From IMG/VR virus record IMGVR_UViG_3300046167_000873, positions 1-64,000 of that record: a stretch of 64,000 nt of DNA; one strand, 5' to 3'. Positions 56,486 to 64,000 of this stretch are shown piece after piece. This stretch comes from a virus. The notes beneath the pieces are model-generated. The model did not search any database and was not told the DNA's origin. It saw only the letters and a program-made list of their open reading frames with translations. Position 1 is the first letter of the stretch. Each line of letters begins with the position of its first letter. Position numbers and translations under genes: made by a program.

Positions 56486-59386
56486 TTAAGGATTAAGATA
56501 TTGTCTATCGATTACCTGAGCAATCGGTATAGACTGGTTAGTATTAGTCAAAGTCAAACCTTCAAGATATATGTTTTGAAAATTCAAATTCACAACCACT
56601 ACAATAATGTTAATATCAGCACTGTAAATATACTGATAAGCAAATGTACTATTATCGGTTGTACCTGTAATGGTGACACCAGCTGTTGCTCCTGTTCCAG
56701 AACCAGCAGTAATAGTTTCGACACCCGCAACATCTGAAGTGTCTGATGCATCATATATTCTTACTTCTGTTCCATCTTTCAGACCAGTCAATTCGAATGT
56801 AACTGTTAATGGTGGAAATCTTAATACGCCATTTGAATCGATTAGTTGAAAGTTTGTACTATCAGCGCCTGCCATGTTAGTAAGGAATACGCCCTGAGCA
56901 CCGAAGAATCTGCCACCAGCAAACGTACCGAAAGGCGCCTGTTTATTATCTACGTTACTAAAGTTTGCCTCATCAGCATTTCGATATTCATAACCATCAT
57001 CACCATTTACTGTTTGTGAAAAGTCAAATGATGTAATATATTTTAAATATTCATAAACTTCATCAAGTGGTCTACCATTACAATCGACTTCTGCAGCATA
57101 AGGTTGTAGTCCATTACCATCGCCAATATCTCTTGTTAATGAACCAAATGTGAGTGTAATATCAGTATACGTAGCGACAGTACCAGAAGCAGTTGTATTG
57201 TTTAAATCTTCGTTTGTTGAAAGTGCAACAATACTTTGACCGCCACCAGAAAGATCAGAGAAAAAGTGGTCATATAAATCACCATATTCTCTTGCAAATA
57301 ACCAAACAGCGCCATTAACATTTGTAGCAGTATCATCTGTTGACTGTATAAAAGTACCGTCTTGCACTTTGATTAAGATATCAACGTTACCATCTGGCCA
57401 CCAAGATGTCAGCGCAGCATCAGACGCTTCAACGCCTTGAACAACATAAATACCTGTACCTGTTTCTACGGTACCAATTGTTTTAACGTTTGACCACAAA
57501 AGATTATTAGCGGCGTCTGTAAATGATCCAGAGTATAAGAATTTGTAATCGTTGTCTTTTGCTCCAAACGTATAACCATTTAAAAAGTTGTATTGGACAT
57601 CTGTAATTGATTCAAGCGGAACCTCAAACTGCATAAAAGCGGTCGCAGCAAATGTATTCATTACAAATTCATATAAATTCTGCGACGTATCAATTGCGCT
57701 ATAAGCACTGAAAGGTAACGTAGGACCAGAAGTCATTGTAATAGTTTCTAATGATGTATTAATAGTCCAAGTATTATTTAACGTTGGTACTGCAATCTGC
57801 TGTCTGTCGTTAATAAGTGTAACTAGTTGTGATACTGATCCCGATGCAGTACCGAGAGTTGTTTCAAATGGTTTGTCACCAAATTTTCGTACTCGAAGTG
57901 TAGAGTTATTAGTTCCACTATAACTTTGTTGTGGAATATTACCACTAGCATCAGTAGTACCATTAAAGATCGTGGTAACACCGTCATTAATATAAACAAA
58001 GGCACCAGATACATTAACACCATCTTCGTCTTTTACGTTAACATCAATTGTTTTTGCTTGGACTTGTACGGTAATTTGTCCGGTGTAACTTGCACCTCGA
58101 CGAATACTTGGTGTTGTTATGCCAGCCGGAATTGTAATAACAATATCTTGAGCAGATGTTGCATTAATATATAATGTTTCGTTACCAGTAGATCCAGCAG
58201 TAAAGTCAGTTCCTTCAATACCAAGAGCGCCTGTAGCATAACCAGTCGCTGTGTGCGGAAAAGTATATGTCGCAGGAACAGTCGTTAGCTCAATTGCATG
58301 GTTTGATCCATCACTTACAAAAGTACACGTTCCAATTGCCGTGATATCACTTACAAGTAAACTTGTTGCGCCAATAGACTCGTTGAATGTACAAGTGTCA
58401 ATTGATGCACCACCTTGCGTTACCTGATCACACTGGTTAAACGATGTACTCCCTAAAGTAGAATTACTAAGGAATATGAATGTTCCCATTGCATTGAAGT
58501 TACAGCTTTCTAAATCAACAGTCGCATTATCAACTACTTCAAAATTACCTCTAGAAACAGTACTAATAGAAGAAAATGAAATAGATGTCCATTCAACGTT
58601 TGAAGCAGCGTTGTTTATTTCAATCTTATTGAAATTAGATGTGACAAATTCTGTATTGTCGATTGTAATACTTTTGTTTGAATCTCTAAAATCTACAGAA
58701 GTTGCCGTTACCCCAAAAGTAAGAAGACCTTTATAAAGATATGATCCTCCAGCATCTTGAAATAACCCCCATCTGCCTAACGTTGGGTTATCATTTTCTG
58801 TAGCAATACCATCGAAGTCTGCGTATCCGTTTGCAAGATCGCCATCGGTAATAATAACTTCACCTCGGCCGTAACGCATGATATCGATGTTGAAAGAGTT
58901 ACCTTTTGAAATGCCGACACTTAGATCAACACCAATCCCAGCTGTATTATACGTCGTATTAGGCGAACCGGTGGTAGCTGACTCGGTTGTTGTTGGGTTT
59001 ACTGCATAATTTACCCAACCGCCATATGGATACGTATCTCGGCCATTTACATAGTATTGTCTAAAATTTGCACTGGTGTTACCAATAAAAACCTGTATTC
59101 CACCGAGTGATTTATTAATAGTTGCGTTAGGAGCAAACCATTTAAACCATATGAAAAAAGCACCATCAGTTGGAATTGTCCGACTTGTACCGGATGTGAA
59201 GACTAGAGAACCCTTACCATCTTTACGTTGTGATTCTGTAATACAACGATCACCATAAATCGCCAAGTCAGTATCAACCACGCCGGCGCCGTCTGTTCGG
59301 GTAAATCCGGTTGCCTCAGCAAATCCCGTAGTTGACGTCGCGTCGGTGTGAATTGATAAGTCTGTCGTATAGCTTGCAGCTGCCAT
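56486..59386 (-). CDS. large Thr/Gly-rich putative fibre/decoration protein
   Basis: Beta-helix-like segment; Ig/carboxypeptidase-regulatory-like V.DE.G..VSGA.V. Confidence 0.65.
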   Translation of the reverse strand: MAAASYTTDLSIHTDATSTTGFAEATGFTRTDGAGVVDTDLAIYGDRCITESQRKDGKGSLVFTSGTSRTIPTDGAFFIWFKWFAPNATINKSLGGIQVFIGNTSANFRQYYVNGRDTYPYGGWVNYAVNPTTTESATTGSPNTTYNTAGIGVDLSVGISKGNSFNIDIMRYGRGEVIITDGDLANGYADFDGIATENDNPTLGRWGLFQDAGGSYLYKGLLTFGVTATSVDFRDSNKSITIDNTEFVTSNFNKIEINNAASNVEWTSISFSSISTVSRGNFEVVDNATVDLESCNFNAMGTFIFLSNSTLGSTSFNQCDQVTQGGASIDTCTFNESIGATSLLVSDITAIGTCTFVSDGSNHAIELTTVPATYTFPHTATGYATGALGIEGTDFTAGSTGNETLYINATSAQDIVITIPAGITTPSIRRGASYTGQITVQVQAKTIDVNVKDEDGVNVSGAFVYINDGVTTIFNGTTDASGNIPQQSYSGTNNSTLRVRKFGDKPFETTLGTASGSVSQLVTLINDRQQIAVPTLNNTWTINTSLETITMTSGPTLPFSAYSAIDTSQNLYEFVMNTFAATAFMQFEVPLESITDVQYNFLNGYTFGAKDNDYKFLYSGSFTDAANNLLWSNVKTIGTVETGTGIYVVQGVEASDAALTSWWPDGNVDILIKVQDGTFIQSTDDTATNVNGAVWLFAREYGDLYDHFFSDLSGGGQSIVALSTNEDLNNTTASGTVATYTDITLTFGSLTRDIGDGNGLQPYAAEVDCNGRPLDEVYEYLKYITSFDFSQTVNGDDGYEYRNADEANFSNVDNKQAPFGTFAGGRFFGAQGVFLTNMAGADSTNFQLIDSNGVLRFPPLTVTFELTGLKDGTEVRIYDASDTSDVAGVETITAGSGTGATAGVTITGTTDNSTFAYQYIYSADINIIVVVVNLNFQNIYLEGLTLTNTNQSIPIAQVIDRQYLNP

Positions 59387-59810
59387 TAGTTATTTGACTC
59401 CAATGCAATTTGCAAAACTTTTTCAAGCGTATGTTCTTTTGCGCACAGTGCAGTAATAATGCCAGTAGAAAATGCAGATACAACAACAGATATCCCTTGA
59501 TCGTTAAGAGATTTTATGTATTGTTTCATCTGTATTGTCTCCCATGTGTCTACGTAATCGTTACTAACTAATGCATGATATACTTTTGTTCTTATTTTAT
59601 CGAAAATTACTCCAGTTTTATCTGGTCGTAAACTTTCATCATACCCATCAGTAATATATAAACAATTGAAGTTGACACACGAAGGAGGTCTATCTTCGTA
59701 AATAGCGCAACCTCTATCACAGAACTTACATACAGTATTATCTTCTTTTACAATGATACCATCGTCAATAGGCGGTGTTATGCAACACGCCATACACCCA
59801 TCACATTCCA

Positions 59811-59814
<4 letters not shown>
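59386..59814 (-). CDS. YkgJ-family CxxCxxCC protein
   Basis: CDGCMACC, CAIYEDRP.SC..F.C. Confidence 0.75.
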
Positions 59815-60948
<1,134 letters not shown>

Positions 60949-60956
<8 letters not shown>

Positions 60957-62643
60957 CAGATAATGCCTGTGTTACAGTCTCCACCAATTTCATGTGGGCC
61001 AAATGCGCCTCTTCTTTTTTAACCTCAGCATCTTTATCTGTCTTTGCAGTAGGTTCACCTACAGGTCTAATCGGCGGTTCTGGTTCTTGATCTTCAGGTT
61101 CTTCTTGAGGCTCTTGCTCTTCGGCATACTTTGGATCTTTCATTTCTTCTTCTATCTGTTTATCAATATCTTCAATATCTTCTTCAGATTGTTGTAAAAC
61201 CCAACGACGAATATATTCGTGTGAGTAATATTTTCCAACGTATTCGTCCATATCTCGAAGAAGACCAAGACGATCACGATTCATTTCCATATTCTTTAAT
61301 TCATCGTAATAGTTATCAACGGCAAATTTAAAATCAATTTTATCGTGCCATTCTTTCCAATCTTCTGGAGTACAAATACCTTTTAGCAGCAACTGCCTTT
61401 CTAACATCTTCAAGAACAATTCACTAAACTTATTGCGAAGTCGTGTAATGAATTTTGAGAACTTAACTTCTTCTCTTGAGATTTCTGTTGCTCGACCAAG
61501 AGTATATGTTGCTTCTGGATTAAGTCGGCTAAGCGGTACGTTTAATGACTGGTAAAGTTTATTTTGGAAATACACTACGTCATCAATTTCACCAAGGTTT
61601 TGTCCACCTGGTAAAGTAGTAATTTCAGTACCTTTTCCACCTTCTCGCCGTGGTAACCAAAAATCTTCAAGCATAGTCATAAATTTGCGATCGTCACGAA
61701 TCTCACCAGAAGATGAATCGTAGACAATTTTGTTTTTAAACTTTGTCATCATATCAGAAACATATTGTTCTGCTTTAGGTTTTGGTAAACCACCAACATC
61801 AACGTAGAATATTCGCCTTTCAGGTGCTCGTGAAATACGATAGATAACCAACGAATCTTCCATCGACCTGAGTTGGTTTAAAGGCCTAATTGCTTTTTGT
61901 AAGTAAGAAAGAATTAGTTTATTATCAATGTTCTGATATCCACTCGTTGCATATACAATAGAGTCTTTTGCAATCTTAATGCCTTCAGCTTGCTGAGACG
62001 AACTAGAAAATGAATTGGTGACACTACCAGTTACAGAATTTGTTTTCTTTAAGAAACCCATTGGGTTAAACATGTAGTATTCGTTGATTAGCTTTTCTAA
62101 AGGAGCTCCAGTCTTTGGATCTTTTTCCTTTTTAACTTCACGAATCTTTTTAATATTTCTTGGATCGATATATCGGACTTCTACAATACCGTTTTTTGGT
62201 TTTTTCTCGTCGATTACAACGTGATAATATAAGCGGCCGTCAATATACCACCTTTTAAAAATTTCATAACTCATTCGGTTAAATTCAAGTAAACGCAATA
62301 CAGTAGTAAATTCTTCTTGTATTGTTTTCTTAATTGAATCTGTTTGTTCTATATCATCAAGGACGACGCTTACTGTAGTTTCATCAGAATCTTCGACAAT
62401 TGCTTCGTTACATATATCTTGTATAGCTAAATCAATAGTAGGATCCATTGATATCGCTCGATACTTATTAACGAGTTCTGCTTCTGTGCGTACAGACCCA
62501 TCTAAATCTACATATGTTCCATAAACACCACCAGCCTGAATTGTTAAAGCACCATCTTCATTGGTTGGCGGCACAAAAGATTGAAGAGTTTCTTGTTCGC
62601 GCTCTTCTTTCTTTCGATTAATTGAAAAACCAAAAAGTTCCAT
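60949..62643 (-). CDS. gp20: portal protein
   Basis: ELFGF, WYIDGR, IYRISRAPERRIFY.DVG, MLEDFWLPRREGGKGTEITTLPGG. Confidence 0.98.
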
Positions 62644-62657
62644 TACATACTCCTGTG

Positions 62658-62697
62658 AAAAAAAAGGGGACTATAGGTTTATTTATAGTCCCCTTTT
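62658..62697 (-). terminator. terminator hairpin containing the late promoter TATAAATA (62680-62687)
   Basis: AAAAGGGGACTATA-AATAAACC-TATAGTCCCCTTTTTTTT. Confidence 0.85.
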
Positions 62698-62734
62698 AGG
62701 CCGATTATACGTTGAGTGGTATCAGCTTATTAGC

Positions 62735-63241
62735 TTATTGACCAGGCTCGAAGAAATCGAATGACCAAGAAACAGAATACAAACCAATAGTATCGGTCGT
62801 GTTCCAATCTAATTCAATCGTTCCAATGTCACTTGGCCAACAACCTTGAAGAGTATAAGTCTGAGCTGGAGCACCTTGCTTAGTATAAAGAGTGACTGTT
62901 GCATCTTCTTTATAATCTTCAGGTGAACCATACGAACGTGTATTACCAACAGCAGAGTTGATCTTTTCAGCCCACTCTTCTAATACACGACGCTGACTGA
63001 AATCTTCTTCAATCATAACTGTCGTAGTCCATGCATCGAATGTACGATCACCAGCAACTTTAATCTTACGACCAAAATAAGGAACTTCAATAATTCCAGT
63101 GGTATAAGAAGGAACCTGCGATGACATACACAACCAATTGAACTCTTCGCCAAGGGTATTAACCTGCACTTCGAAGAGTGCGGGCCGGAACCCGCCTCTT
63201 GCTAGTGCATCATTCTTAAATGTGTTAATATTGAAAGGCAT
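62735..63241 (-). CDS. gp19: tail tube protein
   Basis: R..LFEV, VPYFGRKIK.AGDRTF..W, WP..IG.I.LDW. Confidence 0.95.
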   Translation of the reverse strand: MPFNINTFKNDALARGGFRPALFEVQVNTLGEEFNWLCMSSQVPSYTTGIIEVPYFGRKIKVAGDRTFDAWTTTVMIEEDFSQRRVLEEWAEKINSAVGNTRSYGSPEDYKEDATVTLYTKQGAPAQTYTLQGCWPSDIGTIELDWNTTDTIGLYSVSWSFDFFEPGQ

Positions 63242-63283
63242 TTAATTATTCTCCTATTATTATTTTCTATTTATCCGTATTTA

Positions 63284-64000
63284 TTAGAAATTTCCAATAA
63301 CTTCGGAGAATTCTACACCTGATCTAACTGCAACAAAGTTGAGTTGGATGAAGTTAATGCTTCGAGCGGGCTTGATGTATATATCACCAACAAACTCGTT
63401 CTTATCAATTACTTCACCAGTATTATTGGTTTCATCACATATAACGATGAAGTCAGTAATACCTCGGCGTGCTTGTACCTCTCGAAGGAAAGGGGTTACT
63501 ACATTCACAAAGCTAGATCGTGTAAACTCGTCGTTGAATTCAAAGAGCGAGAATTGTGATGCTGCAGCAACTGCTTTTTCAAGGACGATGAACAAGCGTC
63601 GAACATTGATTCGATCAAAAGCAGAAGGCTTAGCAAGTAGCGTTTTATCTCCGTAAAGAACAACACCTTGACCTTGGAAATTAACAACTGGGTTAACACC
63701 ATTGGCATAAAGCACGTCGCGTTCAGCTTTTTCAGGACTCCAAGAAAGCTTAATAACATTCTTAACGTTACCACGGTTGAAGCCAGCAGGCGACCACCAA
63801 GGGTCACGCGTGTCATCAGTTCGTGCACACAATCCAGCGATATCACCATTGAGAGGTACCCATCGGTAAACATCATTGTGCTTATCGTATTGATACTTGT
63901 ATCCGCTATCAAGTACTGAGTAAGAAGTTGACCGTAAGCTATTTCGGAAGGTAATAACATCTTCAGAAATATCAGCAAAGTTATTTACAACATCTTCTTT
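63284..64000 (-). CDS. gp18: tail sheath protein (C-terminal part; runs off the window)
   Basis: WWSPAG..RG, GDKT, SAFDRINVRRLF, FEFND, IKPARSINFI; frame open to the window edge. Confidence 0.97.
   Translation of the reverse strand, partial: KEDVVNNFADISEDVITFRNSLRSTSYSVLDSGYKYQYDKHNDVYRWVPLNGDIAGLCARTDDTRDPWWSPAGFNRGNVKNVIKLSWSPEKAERDVLYANGVNPVVNFQGQGVVLYGDKTLLAKPSAFDRINVRRLFIVLEKAVAAASQFSLFEFNDEFTRSSFVNVVTPFLREVQARRGITDFIVICDETNNTGEVIDKNEFVGDIYIKPARSINFIQLNFVAVRSGVEFSEVIGNF

Overview
64 kb segment of a large T4-like myovirus genome (lytic dsDNA phage, AT-rich; almost every gene is on the minus strand). Gene content suggests an aquatic, probably marine, proteobacterial host, but this is inference. 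Read right to left it holds: tail sheath and tube (gp18, gp19); portal gp20; a ~10 kb accessory structural insertion (collagen fibre, large low-complexity proteins); head genes gp21-gp23; gp3, uvsY, uvsW, gp55, gp47/46; gp45/44/62, regA, gp43, uvsX, gp41; a tRNA-Glu; Hsp20, peptide deformylase and a lysozyme; and clusters of small early genes driven by a repeated ~80-bp promoter/leader cassette. Two accessory systems stand out. (1) A T4 gp42-type dCMP hydroxymethylase is clustered with an aGPT-Pplase (amino acid:DNA transferase)-like protein, a fold-type-II PLP enzyme, an SGNH-fold protein, a GT-A protein and two nucleotide pyrophosphatases. This looks like thymidine-hypermodification chemistry apparently paired with hydroxymethylcytosine. 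(2) A phage-encoded form IV RuBisCO-like protein sits with a cupin and a carbamoyltransferase between gp55 and gp47, and is probably partnered by a nucleotidyltransferase/phosphodiesterase/glycosyltransferase island between gp43 and uvsX. Smaller signals include a secreted TonB-box-like peptide, a ROSE-like RNA thermometer, an antisense promoter and several structured intergenic RNAs. Frameshifts in gp43, gp44 and one small ORF look like sequencing indels. All family calls come from motif recognition by eye; no searches were run.
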